From positions 16,244,001-16,308,000 of the forward strand of contig JBHGNT010000014.1 of the NCBI GenBank assembly GCA_043228905.1: a DNA stretch of 64,000 bases, given 5' to 3'. The translations under genes were made by a program, and so were the position numbers. The notes beneath the pieces are model-generated. The model saw only the letters and a list, made by a program, of their open reading frames with translations. It was not told where the DNA came from and ran no database searches. Each line of letters starts with the position of its first letter. Position 1 is the first letter of the stretch. Source of the DNA: Azolla caroliniana. Its lineage: Eukaryota > Plantae > Polypodiophyta. This document shows positions 47,361 to 61,234 of the stretch, in pieces.

Positions 47361-50239
47361 AAGTAGTTTTTTTTCGGAAAATAAAAATAAAAAATCTATG
47401 TTGAGTAATCTACTTCAAGACCAAACCTCGAGTCCATGGTGTTTTTTTCAATTTGGGCTTTTATATTTATAAAGTATGCATGTGCCTACCCACGAAATCA
47501 TGAATATATGTTATTATTACAATATATTTGCATATGTTGGACCTCAATTTATGGAAAATGACTAGTGGAAGAAGTGTATTAGGTGCTAACAATATTAGTC
47601 CATGTTTTTCTCCATTTGGGTTTTTATATTTGTGAAGTATGCATGTGCCTACCCACAAAATCATGAAACATGTTATTTATGTATAATATATTTGCATATG
47701 TTGGACCTCAATTTATGGAAAATGCCTAGTGGAAGAAGCAAATGGGATGCTAGGGGTGCTAGCATTTGTGTGATAGTATATTTCTACAACTTTCTTGGTA
47801 ATTATGTATAAAAAAAAAACACCTTACTAGTCAAATGTGATAGCTATAATTAAAATAACGCCAGTGATTCTAGACTGTAGTAAAAAATGTTGTTTGTTTG
47901 ATGTTGTGAAACTCTTAATTTACAATGCTTGATGAGGAGCTGTTGCTGAATCTGTTTATTATTATTTTTTTAAAGAAGATATCCTGTCATTAGTGTAAAC
48001 ATTTTTACAAGATTTTAAACTCTATCTGATCGGTGGGGGAAACAACCATTTCAGAGCTGTCGCTGAATCTCTTGCACTTGTTGTGCATGTTATTTAATGC
48101 TTATAGTGAAAGATCAACTTTCTATGTCTTTGTATTTGAAGGAAGACACATACATTTGAAAGCACATATTACATGGTGTCTTCTTAAAGGATCATTTCTT
48201 TTGCATTTACGTGAAGTCAAACCATTACTTTCAAACCTCGCAGAAGAAAAAATGTATGTTGGAACAAGAAACGTTGACCTATTTCATTCAACGATTCCCG
48301 ATTTGACATGAAATATAGAAATGGACAGATAACTATGTTTTATGTATCCATCAAGCATGTAAAAATAGTTGGTGCATGTTTATATGTCAACGAAATGTTA
48401 ACAAAATGCCCCTAACCAAGTTTGAAAACTGGCAAATAGAAACCTTAATTTCTAGAGAGCAACATGCTTTGCATTTTATTAAGATCACATTGATTGTTCT
48501 CTAGTTTATGTATATTAAAATAGTTTTACCCTAGCATGGATAAAGAAAGGATTCCATTGAATTCCTCTTACTTTCCTCTCTCTACTTGAATATTTCAAGC
48601 ATTGCTATCAATCCACGTATTGGTTTACATGTAGGCATGAAATTAACTGGACCCCAAGCAATATAGTTCCTCATGGTATATAACGTTATTGTGGGAATAA
48701 ACTCAAAGTATAAATGTTCTCCCCTTATGGGGTGCAAACATATTCTTTGTCTACCTTATAAAGGAAGCAAACTAAAACGTCAATGAGCTAACGATCTCTT
48801 GAGATGGGGTTTCCTTGAACGTTTCTTGCTACGAGCTAAATAAATATCCAATACTAGTAGTGTCAAGTCTTCGTGCATGAGTCAACGATAAATAGGTCAA
48901 TTTTGAGAGGGTGAGGTTAGTCTTTGAAAAGGTTAGATGTAAATAGTATGTACATATGCATCAACCCTTAGGAACTTCCTATAGGCTATACACAAGATGT
49001 AATTCAATGAGAACCCTTCCTTGTGATAAAATATAAAGTCATATATTTGGATCCGTTTATCTTAAATGAACAAATCTCGTGCGAAAAGGCCCTTAAAAAT
49101 CATAATTTAGATATTCTTTTGGTACCTTTAAACCATGTTTTGTTTAAACCCCACCACAATTCTACATAATCTCAAAATCCTCTCCACATTTATATACGGT
49201 TATACCCTCTAACCATAATGTAAACACATCTATAGTACAATCACATTGTACACATTCGATAAACTAAATGGAATAATAAATCATGATAAGCTATATCTCT
49301 AAAGAACTAAGAGAAACCAATAAATATTTCCTCTTAATATGTCATTACTTTCACTATAGCAGCAAACCAAAAATTATACTTTAGGAGATCAATCTCTTCA
49401 TAGGAAATGACCAATTCCCTTGACAAATCTAATCGTTGCCTATAGGGATGATATCAATGTCCTCTCATCAAAGTAGTTGTTTTCATTGAGATCAAACATC
49501 TTTTTCCCAACGTTATTGATAGTGGTTTGTCTCATCCTCCTCATGATCAATCATATGTCACTACTAGTGCATGCAAACTCGGAGTACATTGGCAATAGTT
49601 GTGCTAATGATGTTTATAGTTGCACCCTTGCCCTTGTTAATTTGTCAGCAATGGCATTGGTTGCTGAAGTGGTTAGATTGTTGTTAGTGTAACATTTTGT
49701 TGTTGCTTCATGTTTAAGATTGTCGTTGAGTTTGCCCATTGATTTTCTTTTTTGTGTTTGGTTTGTCAATTGTGTTGATTGAATGAGGTTTTCCAAATGT
49801 AGTTATTGGGGATTACTTTGATGTTAGTTTTGGCTTTGGTTCTTATGGTTCTACTCATACTCTTAAGGCCATTCTTTGTCTTCTATAGTGTTACCAAGTC
49901 TCAATTTCTCCAACATTTGTCCCAATTGACGTTTCAATATGAGTGTCAATGGTTTTGTTGAAGGTTTGACCTAGATGTGCACATCCTATTAGTTTGACGG
50001 CTTTGATAGTGAGCCATTATATAATGAGAACCTTTTGGTTCCACTCAATGGGAAGCTTGTCGATGATTGTGCCAAGAGGTTTGTACTCTTAGTGGTCATG
50101 GATGTGTAGGTGGGAATAGCATAGAGGTGGTTTGCTTTGAGGCAAACCATGCATTGCACTACAGTAACTTGTTGGAACCAAAATTCTCCATCAATCTCTA
50201 ACCCACTTCAAAAGTGCTAAATGCAACATTGGAGCCTTT

Positions 50240-50600
50240 ATGGTCCATTTTTAGGACTCACTCAATTGTTTTCTCAAGTGTGGCGAGCCAAAGTTGACGA
50301 TGTTATCATGTTTCCTATGGCACATGGTGTGAACGACCTCTATACTTAGTTGATTGTTTAAGTGTGTTGGACCAACTAATGACATTGGCATGTGCCTATG
50401 ACTGGTGTGAAACTACCAACTACCTCTATACTCACTCAATTGTTTTCTGTAAGTGTGTTGGACCAACTAATGACATTGACATGTTGCCTATGACTGGTGT
50501 GAAACTACCTCTATACTCACTCAATTGTTTTCGCTAAGTGTGTTGGACCAACTAATGACATTGACAGATTGCCTATGACACATGGTGTGAACCAACTCCA
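50240..50600. repeat. Degenerate ~70-80 bp minisatellite
   Basis: AAGTGTGTTGGACCAACTAATGACATTG occurs 3 times, plus a diverged upstream copy. Confidence 0.8.
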
Positions 50601-50605
50601 CATTG

Positions 50606-53470
50606 AAACATTTGTAAACATAGACATTGAATGGGGTTTAAACCTTTATATTATGAAACATTGTAACTAACAAGAAGGTATAGATCATAAACCTAAAAGA
50701 CACTTAAGTTAGGTTAAAGGATGAACCCCAAGTGGGTGGTTCTCTCAAATCATCTTAGGGTGAGGAATCTCATTATGAATGTAAGGGACACCTTATATAA
50801 ATTTACCAACTATGCTACAAAACATTCTAGATAACCTTTAAACATTACTTTGTAAACAATCGTTCTAATTCAATGAAAATATTAGTTCTCTTATTTTGTT
50901 GATTTTATTCTATCCTTAGTATAGAGTCTTGTGTCTAATATAGAGTCCTTCCTTATAGTTGGCTCAAAGCCTCATGAGCTTAGATTGTGATCCACATATT
51001 CTTTGCCAACACCACTTATAATGTCTTCTTTTAGGCTTCATAGACCATTCAACCCATCTCTTAACCTAAAACCCTTGTGATTCCATTCACACTTGCACAA
51101 AACATGTTTTGCATGACATTTGTGGACATGACATGAATGGCTGGTAGGAAATGGAGAATTAAAAAGCGGTGTTCTCTGTTCAAGAAGGTGCATGAGGACG
51201 AAAGGTCTATGATAGAGATTGGCATAGCAATGAATCAACCCTTGGAGCATGATTGCTAATTTGATAGTACGATTATATCATCTGATATCTATGAAACTAC
51301 GAAATGGAAATGGTACAAAGAGTTTGAAGGGTGGTGATGGATAATCGTGAACAAGGTTGAGGAAAGCCATACCTCATGGTTGAGATATGAGCATCCAATG
51401 CTCATTCTATTCATCTCCAACGAGATAAAGTAACAAGATGTGAATTCATTGATTGGGTTGAATGCATGGACTACAATAACTATAAACAAACGTATCTTTG
51501 AGTCATAGATGTGGAAACTTTGCATACATCAATACACATAGAATACGTATGCTACATATTCTAAAAGTATTCTACGTTTGTTTAAATTACTACGAATACG
51601 TATTCTACAAATAAAATACGTTAAATGCATATAAGACGTGTAGGATGTGTAGAATACATCTTTAAAATTTGAAGTTTAATATAAAAAATGTAAATTCTTT
51701 TGGAAAAATAATAAAAATAAAATAAAATTTTAAATGCTTTACTTTTTTAAATGTTTTTGGAAAGGTGAAATACTTGTTTAATAAGTAGAATATAACTAAA
51801 AGGACGTTTCTGAAACATAGAATATGTGTAGAATACTTCATAGTATTCTAAACAAAAAACACAAATTTTTTAACAATTGGGCTTTGAGTTCTAGAACTCG
51901 GTCAATAATCTAGCAAAAGAAGACCTCATTTTGGCAAAGTCTTATTGTTTCTCCATGCTCTCGGCATGAAGGATTGGAAGGGCTTGGGTATTCTCCTAAG
52001 GTTTCAACCATTGACATGGGGCTTTTGGTATCATGGAATTAGGTAAGAGTGGTGAAAATTGTCTTTGATACATTGTAATGACTTACACATGATTGAGAAA
52101 TAGACGGCAATGAAATTGATGAACAAAAAGTGGATTATGAGAGAGTGTATTTGGAGTTAACTTTGATTCTGACAAGATCAAGTTCAAGAAAACCTAACAG
52201 GAAAGGTGAAACCTAGTCTTGGATACATTGGCGACGAATCTCAAGAAAACTATAGACTATGTAGACCTAAATATTAGTGATACCAACCAAATGGGAAAAT
52301 TGATGAAGAGTGAGTTGAAGAAATAAAAGATGGATTGAATGAAATTGACGAATGAAGTAAAATATCTACTTTTCATTTGGTCATCGACACAATATGTGAG
52401 AAGGTTCATTTCGTTGACGAACAAACCATGAAACCTTCTAAACAAGCAAGGAGAGGCCAATGAAATGTTTGAGGTGGAGAAAGATAAAGGTGATTGAGTT
52501 GAAAAGACATGGAAAAGGCACTTGAAAGCAAGTATAGAAGTCGATTCTAAGAAGACGCTCGTAGTCTTGACAAAATATGTTTCATACGAGGGCATCAAGA
52601 ATATGGAAGAAAATCTCAAGCTATCTACAAACAAACCAATGAGAAGTCACTTGATACAACACAACAATCCATGGAGGGTCCTAATGGATAATTCCAAACT
52701 CAAAACAAATATGTTATCCCATGAAGGAAATCAATGTAAAGGGAATAAAGAAGAGGTAGAGGAAAACACAAATACTACATCAAAATAAGTTGCACAAATT
52801 GTTTGAGAAGCACATCCAACAATGCGAAGGGGTATTAGATCAAACCCAATCAACAATAGACGAAGATGACATAATCTTATCAAGCGACATATAATCGGCA
52901 TACTTATTCAAACCCAATTTGAGACAAGCAATTTAGCAGGGGTTGATTTCATTCCACACTAAGGAATGTTATAGTTCACAAAGATGCTAGAAAGAGATAC
53001 AAGAGGATTTGCACGTTTGGTGGGGTTGAGAATCATGTTACCTACCACACGCAATGTGAACTATCTCTAGAGCAAGTATCCTTAGTAGTTGCAAAAGGGA
53101 TACAACAAAGGAGACTATTAGATTAGGCCTTAGGTGGAGATTGAAATATTTGTAAATATACACATTGAACGAGTTTGAAACTTGTACCTTATATTATGAA
53201 GCATTGTAAATAAGTCTAATCTAGAAAGCATAGGATTAAATAAACATTAAAATATATACATGCACTTAAATTAGGGCAAGGAACCTCATTATGAAATAAA
53301 TATCTTACCGACACTTCTATCTTGCCTACAAATAATAAGTCTACTTTGTAAATGAACCTCGTGATTCAAAATAGAAACTTCTACTTGCTTCCATTTTATC
53401 TTTGCTCTCTATGTTTCCTTGCTTAGTTTGTTGGAGTGCCTTGTTTCTAATATAGAGGTTAGACATTCAA
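50606..53470 (+). mobile_element. Old LTR element remnant with two diverged LTRs (copia-like)
   Basis: TGAAACATTTGTAAACATA (~50606) vs TGAAATATTTGTAAATATA (~53142); both copies carry TTATATTATGAA.CATTGTAA and TCTAATATAGAG. Purine tract before the second copy; LVVAKG-like RT relic at ~53085. Confidence 0.55.
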
Positions 53471-53989
53471 AATATCAGTAACCATATAACCTCATCTAGA
53501 GCATTTCTTGTGGTAGATGATATAATAGTTGTGACAGAACTCAAAAAATGTATAATGGACGGGTAAATAATGAACTTGTTTGATTGCAACCTTTTGTCTT
53601 GTGCATGCTCCTTTGACAATTTTTACTAAATGATGTTTAGCCCAACAAATGACTTAAGTTGTTAAGTTCTTGTCGCACATAGCACAACCTATGAAGATAT
53701 CAACATTGGTACAAAAGGTCAAGTGTAAGACCAAAAGAAAGTTTGCGGACATTTATAATAAACAGGGATGAAGTCTTGAACACAATATTCATATGAATAA
53801 ATAGATTTAGAGTTTTTTGAATAAGATTAAGATTTTGTAAATTAATATGATGATGATATGTGACCTTCTAGAGTTCTTTCTATTCATGGTTGAGATTTCA
53901 TGACTTCTTACCTCCTTTACTTCTTAGTCAGTGGGGAGCTCCTGTTTGACAGTTCCTTTGTATTCTAAGACTTCCATAACCTATATTAA

Positions 53990-54230
53990 GTAGCCTAGGT
54001 GTTTGACCATTTGATGTGTTATTTACAAGCTTATTAACATGTTCATCATTCTAGAAAGTTCATTTTGGAAAATGTTGTAACAAGTATCCTAGGTGTTGGA
54101 CAAGCTTATTAACATGTTCATCATTCTAGAAAGTTCATTTTGGAAAATGTTGTAACAAGTAGCCTAGGTGCTGGACAAGCTTATTAACATGTTCATCATT
54201 CTAGAAAGTTCATTTTGGAAATGTTGTAAC
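53990..54230. repeat. Tandem repeat, ~3 x 75 bp
   Basis: CAAGCTTATTAACATGTTCATCATTCTAGAAAG at 54026, 54101 and 54176. Confidence 0.9.
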
Positions 54231-54827
54231 GTATACATGACCCCTAAAGTTGCACGCGTGATGTGTTAATTAACAAAGCTTGTTTCGAACTTTAACATGA
54301 GGAATCGATGATTAATTGGTAAGCAAAGCAAAAACGGAAGATCAAACTTAGTTAGGTCGTACATTAAGAACACACCAAGAGAGAATTGAAAGATAATGAT
54401 TAGAACAACTTAGACGAGGAACAAGTTTCAACAACATTCAAGGTCTTTACTACCCGGAGTTTTGCGTATTGTATTTCAACTCTTACAAATTGGAAGTGAT
54501 GATTGCACTCTATATTTACATTACTAAACACTTGGAATGGGGGAAAGAAGAAGAAGAAGAAATGTTGGGCATTGAGATGGTAAGTAGTGCTTAGAAACTT
54601 TTAAAAGAAAAGCCTTGACCCTAAACGTCGCTATAGTTGACAATCCAAGTATGGATTTGACGCACGCCTTGGATTGCCAAATCAAAGCCAAGACCTACAA
54701 TATATGAGAAGGAATTCTCCTCGTGCAAGTCTAGGAAAGAAACCGTTTCCCCATACAACAACAAGAATGTGTGTGTACACGAATCTGCGGTTGACTCACA
54801 AACACATTGAGGACACGGACATATATT

Positions 54828-54931
54828 CACACACACACACACACACACACACAACACAAAACACATCAATACATCATACATGCATATACAAACACATCCA
54901 ACATGGTTATCACACTCATACATATGTACCT

Positions 54932-54994
<63 letters not shown>

Positions 54995-55852
54995 TATACA
55001 AACACATCCAATATGGTTATCACATACATACATACATACATATACAAACACATCCAATATGGTTATCACATACATACATACATACATACATACATACATA
55101 CATACATACATACATACACACATACATACCATACCATACCATACCATACATAAACAAAACACATCAATCAAGACATACCCAATATGGTTATCACATACAT
55201 ACATACATACATACATACATACATACATACATACATACATACATACATACATACATACATACCATACCATACCATACCATACCATACCATACCATACCAT
55301 ACCATACCATACATAAACAAAACACATCAATCAAGACATACCCAATATGGTTATCACATACATACATACATACATACATACATACATACATACATACATA
55401 CATACATACATACATACATACCATACCATACCATACCATACCATACCATACCATACATAAACAAAACACATCAATCAAGACATACCCAATATGGTTATCA
55501 CATACATACATACATACATACATACATACATACATACATACATACATACATACATACATACATACATACATACATACATACATACCATACCATACCATAC
55601 CATACCATACCATACCATACCATACCATACCATACCATACCATACCATACCATACCATACCATACCATACCATACCATACATAAACAAAACACATCAATC
55701 AAGACATACCCAATATGGTTATCACATACATACATACATACGTACATACATACATACCATACCATACCATACCATACCATACATAAACAAAACACATCAA
55801 TCAAGACATACCCAATATGGTTATCACATACATACATACCATACCATACACA
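54828..55852. repeat. Compound minisatellite: constant core separated by variable (CA)n, (CATA)n and (CCATA)n tracts
   Basis: Core CCAA(C/T)ATGGTTATCACA occurs 8 times. Confidence 0.92.
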
Positions 55853-56242
55853 CGATTTCTAAAAAGAATAGGTAAGTAAGGAATTTAGCTATATTTTGCA
55901 AAGCTTATAAGGTAATGTATACATTGGAAGACCCAAAGAATCTGCAACTCTTCTTCCCACAACTTGTGTGTGTCTGTGTGTGTGTGTATGAATTTTGCCA
56001 GGTAATGAATGATGGTGATATGTGGTTAAGTAGGAGAGGAAGGGAGGAGGAGGGTTATGGATGCAAAGGAGAAAAGATTGCCTCTCTTTCTCTCTCTCTC
56101 TCTCTCTGTGCTCTGTATTTGTCTAGATATATATATACATATTATGGTAAGGTCAGATCATTAGCAAAGATTGTGGGTACAGAGGATCTCTCTACAGAGG
56201 ATCGATCTCTCTCAATCTCTGTCTCTGTGTGTGTTGTTTTTT

Positions 56243-56689
56243 ATGGAGAGGATCTTGAGCACCCACCTCATGATCATGCCCTCCAGTAGCCATAATAACA
56301 AGAATCAGAGCTTCATGGATATGGACATGATGGATATGGACATGGACTCTTCTTCCCTCTCGCGTGGACATCAGTGTCAGCACAGACCTTACCATCGGAA
56401 TTGCAAGTGTGCCCTCCACCATAGCCATCATTACACCACTCCTCCTCTTTCTTCTTCTTCATCTTTTAAATCCTCATTATCTCTAATCCCTTCCGCATGT
56501 CAATCGTCCATGAAACCACTCAGGTATACGCATCATTACATTGCTTTCCCCCACCTTCCTCAAATTCCTCCAAACCTGCCATTGCAGGCCCTTCTTCATG
56601 ATCATTATCAAATTACAGTTAACCCCATCAATCATTTTCCCCGAATGGTAGGTAGAGAACCCATGAATCATTTTTCGATGAGGAAATAA
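56243..56689 (+). CDS. Uncharacterised plant protein with RPYHRNCxCALH motif (148 aa, single exon)
   Basis: In-frame ATG at 56243 after a CT-rich leader; HRPYHRNCKCALH matches a motif I recall from a conserved plant family of unknown function. Confidence 0.65.
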   Translation: MERILSTHLMIMPSSSHNNKNQSFMDMDMMDMDMDSSSLSRGHQCQHRPYHRNCKCALHHSHHYTTPPLSSSSSFKSSLSLIPSACQSSMKPLRYTHHYIAFPHLPQIPPNLPLQALLHDHYQITVNPINHFPRMVGREPMNHFSMRK

Positions 56690-57744
56690 AAATTCTTTAA
56701 TTTACTTATCTAATGCTTTGGAAAACTTAGCCCTTCCGAAAAGCTCTCTTTCTCCGTCGGAAATTTCTGTACCCGCTGAAATCTCATTCACCAGTAAGCA
56801 GTCACAGATGGCTTAAACTATATCGGATCAACTGTATAGCTAAAAAGGCGTAAAAAATCCATGGCTACTTAGTTTCTCAAAATCAATTGGCTAAAAATCT
56901 AGCATCTCAATTCTTCTCTTTTTTAGTTTTCTTTGGCAATCCTCCATTATTGTACTTCCCCCTATACACACACACAAGAGAAACCTAATCTGATAATTAA
57001 CCAAGACATATTTGCTAATTATGTAGCTGGTTCCACATCTTCTCATTGATTATCATAGTGTAACCAACACAATACAATACACATGGGTGTATCATTACTG
57101 TTTATTTTTTTTGCTTATACTAAGCTTATTCTTTAAATGAAATTTTTGTCTTTTGAGTCTGTTTTCATTTCGAGCTATGTTGATCCTGAAGAGACCATTT
57201 TGATCCTTATAACTTGTTTCAATTGCCATTAATTTCTATCATTGATTGAGATTGAAATGTTAAAGAAAGCATTACGCGGTTTAGTTGTTTTCATGTGATT
57301 AGAGAGGATGACTGAGTGAATGAGTAGCCCAATAGAGTGTTTGCAAGGTAAGGTGGCTTATACAATATGTGGCATAACATAAATTCTTTAAGGAAGTCAT
57401 AGTTTGTCCGTAAAACGATATGGTTATTGCAAATCCAAAAGATTGAATGGAAGCAGGGGAAGATAATCATTACATGAAATCATGGATAGGGGGAGATAAT
57501 AACAAAGCAGTGTATATATATATACCATAACTGATCAAGATAGCCAACCATATGCACAAACAGGCAGGGCAGAATGAAAATAATTATAATAACCGTCTGT
57601 AGAATGAATGAACAAAATCTGAAGCACAATCATGTTCGAGGCAATTATCGTTCTGCTACAGCTAAGTACAAAGCACAGATGGGTACTGTAGTTACCTGAC
57701 TAATGTAAGCCAGACAACTCCGATGCAATCCTATAGCATCAAGA

Positions 57745-58080
57745 CTGCTTGTAAAATGTGTGTATCGCCAGTCTAATCTGATATAACAGACAGGGCTGAA
57801 TCACATGCTTTTTCTTATAATCCGATTTGTTTGTTTGATGGAGGCTTCCTATAGCACCAAGATTCCTTGTAAAATGTTTGTATTTGCCAGTCTACTCTGA
57901 TATATAAGAGGGCTGGATCACATGCTTTTTCTTCTAATCTGATTGATTCAATGGAGGCTTCCTAAAGCATCAGAGACTCCTTGTAGAATACTAAAATGTT
58001 TGTATTTGCCAGTCTAACCTGATATATAACAGCACTGGATCATATGCTTTTTCTTCTGATCCGATTTATTCGATGGAGGC
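57745..58080. repeat. Degenerate tandem repeat, ~3 x 120 bp
   Basis: AAAATGT.TGTAT.GCCAGTCTA...CATGCTTTTT...ATGGAGGC occurs three times. Confidence 0.8.
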
Positions 58081-58783
58081 TCTCCTTTATAATCATTATA
58101 CCAAAAATGAGAGATGGTTTGAGGGTTTTGAGCTTTAGAGGTCGGGGTGCGGCTCACTGTGGCTCTAATTAAACGCAAACATTAACTTGAATACACCACA
58201 TGGCATCTCCGAAGAACATCTGCTCGCATACAGGATAATGTACTTCTCCAGCAAAGTAGCATCTTCTCAAGTGATAGATATATTCTCATTTAACCTAAAC
58301 CAACACCACATCGAGCAGAAATGAAGCTTCCTATAGCTAACTTAAGGGAAATTAAGGAATGTCACTCACTCATATAAGTAGTTGAGCATCATAAAACAAA
58401 ATGTGCGGCATTTCAGAGGATTTCTCTCCCTTTATTTTTTAAGGGAGCCCAACATATAAGGACTACTAATCTTTACAAGAATGCTCTTACAAAACTCATG
58501 AAATATATGGTGCTTTTGCAGTTGGATAGATAAAGAACAAATATCCGATGCCAATATTGTAGTTCTTCTGAAGTGAGAATATTTCCATCCAAGCCCACAC
58601 CGATATTCTAGGCAACCAAATCTTCTCAAATGGTAGTGATTACACAAAAACAAGGCATCAAGCAATGATGAATATTAATAATAACAATAATACTATAGAA
58701 GGGCAGTAGTAGTCATAACACAACTTAGCAAAGGTTTTCCAGGGTATCTATCTATCATACAGAGTAAAGAAATTATAAGGGAT

Positions 58784-61234
58784 TCACGGAGAGCCACTAG
58801 TCAGGACCTTCTTCAAGCTGGCTCTCTGCTCTGCCGACAAAGTGGTGGGGAACTTGATCTCAAACTTCACCTTAAGGTTCCCTTTCTTCCCTGGCTCTTT
58901 CGCAATAGGCATCCCTTCGTTACACACAACCTTCTCGCATCCAGGGTAAATTACTTCAGTGCAATTCATGGTAAGTGTCTTCCCATTCAGTAGTGGGATT
59001 GGAATGCTGCAACCACCTAAAGCTTCAGCAAGTGTGACCTTCTGGATCATTATCAGATCGTTCCCGTCTCTCTTGTACAACTCGTGTGCTTTTTCTTCCA
59101 CAACGAAAATCAGATCTGCAGGAATCAAACCCGATTGCTCATTCCCTTTCTCGACGAAAGTAACCCTCGTCCCCTTCTTCCAGCCAGGGTTTATATTGAT
59201 GGTTAATATCTCATCCACAGTCATAACCTTCCTGAGAAATCCATTTTTACAACACAAGAGAAAAAAAAGATCGCATCAAATCAATACTTTTGACTGTACA
59301 AAGAATGACCTTCCCCAAAAAACAATATAAAAATCATGAGAAATATGACTGAGGAGAAAGACAAATACATAAATGAACATCCTGACTTTTGAGGAAAGGC
59401 ATTACAAAGAGCAAAGAGATACAACCATTAACTATGGTTCAGAAAAGAGACTAATAGTTAATGCTGACGTGAATCAATACATCAAAGGTAAGAAGGAAGT
59501 CAATCCAATGACTGATTAATGAGATAACTGCATGCATTAATCACTCGTTTGAATGAAGGGAAGAAAAGACATATTCCAGGGTAAAAGGAGATCAACTTCA
59601 TTACAAAATGTGTTACACTACTCACCCGCCAGGACCAAGAACATTGCGAGAGATCTTCATCTTCCGAATAGATCCACTATAAAGCTCTTCCAATGTACAT
59701 GGTAACTTGTTCTCAATCGGTGGAGCTTTCATCAATCCATCAGAAGTCCCTTCTTGAAAAGCATCAGTGCTAAACGTCCCATTCTGTGGACCCATAGGCC
59801 TGTTATTGAAAGAAGCACTCTTCACTCCCGGGAATGAGTTCGGTTTACCATTGAATCCTTCTGGCCTGCCATTAAAAGATGCACTTTTCATTCCTGAAAC
59901 TGGATGCATTTTACCAAAGACTTCAGTAAAGATGTCCTCGGCCTTTCTGTGGTTGAATCGCTGACCACCTCTACTGCTTCCATGGTCTCCTTGCGCTTCT
60001 GCAGGTGGGAACTCCCTCAGGCCTTCTTCTCCATATTGATCATATATATCTCGTTTCTGCGCATCGCCTAGTACCTGCAATCAAGTAGAATTTGTGATTA
60101 TACAGCATGCTTGAGTCGGTGAATCATGGGCAGATTTGAACCCTCGATCAAAATGCACAGCTAATCTTTGAGAGTAAACTTAGATTTGTAATCTGCAATC
60201 ATGTAGAAAAGGCATATAGCTAATTTGTAAAAATCAAGGGGGATTTAGAACCCTGCAATCAAGTCTGGAAATTAGCATGATCAGAGGGCATTGCTACGTT
60301 GTGAAATAATTGCAGATCTAAACTCAGTATCAACTTAGCATGATCTAAACTCAGTATCAGAGGGCATTGCTAAGTTTTATCTGTGAAATAAAAGCAGATT
60401 TAGAACATACAATGAGGTAGAAAGTGTACATGGTCATATAGCCTAATCTGTGAAATAATGGCAGATTTAGAAACTTGTGATCAATTAGAAAATGTATAAT
60501 TCGAAAAGATCATTTAACTATAATTCGAATCCCTACAGCATGATTTTCGACAACAGGGAATAGTACCTCATGGCATTCCTGTATGATGAAAAGGTTTAGC
60601 TTATCTGGGTAACAAAAACACAATTCATAAGCCGGATTGTGAATAACATTTATTCTCAATAGGCAGGACTGTCAAGGAAGGATCATAGAACCTTAGGGTG
60701 TTGCGATTCAGAGAGAGACAGAGAAAGATCACTCAGAATATGTGACCAAGAAGAGAATGTACGATCGCTAATCTGTGGAACAAATGCACGTTCATCATCC
60801 TTACAGAGAAGCACACAAACTTCTATCTGCTTATTGAATGAAACAGGAAAGATGCGAAGGAGATAGGGGATGAGAGAGAGAGAGATAGATATGGCAGAGG
60901 TGCAAGAACAACGAAAACAGTTACAATGTCTGCATGAGAGAGGAATTTCGTTGCATTCCAAGGAAAACAGAGACAATGTCAGCATAAGGATTGAAGAGGC
61001 AACCAAGAAATCAACAGAGAGAAAGGCACAGAAAGACAGAGAGAAGGGAATCGATCGTGTATGAATCACCTCATAAGCTTCGCAAATCTGTTTGAATCTG
61101 GCTTCTGCCTCCTTCTTATTTTGAGGGTTCTTATCAGGATGCCATCGCATAGCAAGCCTCTTGTAAGCTTTCTTCAGATCTTCCTCAGAGGCATCGCGGC
61201 TCACCTTCAAGCTCTCATAGTAATCTACCCCCAT
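58784..61234 (-). CDS. DnaJ/Hsp40 type II (DNAJB-like) co-chaperone, 3 coding exons, ~353 aa
   Basis: Exons 61234-61070, 60074-59626, 59231-58784 (GT-AG, phases fit). J-domain with WHPDKN, G/F-rich linker, [20 protein letters not shown]-terminal domain, no zinc finger. Confidence 0.95.

Noticed and set aside
51537-51860. Repeated GAATACGT-like motifs suggesting DNA-transposon subterminal repeats
   Set aside because: Could not define TIRs or a TSD.
54828-55875. CRISPR-like repeat/spacer look and long His/Thr/Tyr ORFs
   Set aside because: Spacers are microsatellites, there are no cas genes, and the context is eukaryotic; the ORFs are repeat translations.
60683-61069. Hydrophobic C-terminal extension on the J-domain ORF
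   Set aside because: Read-through into intron 1; the conserved DnaJ sequence continues at 60074.
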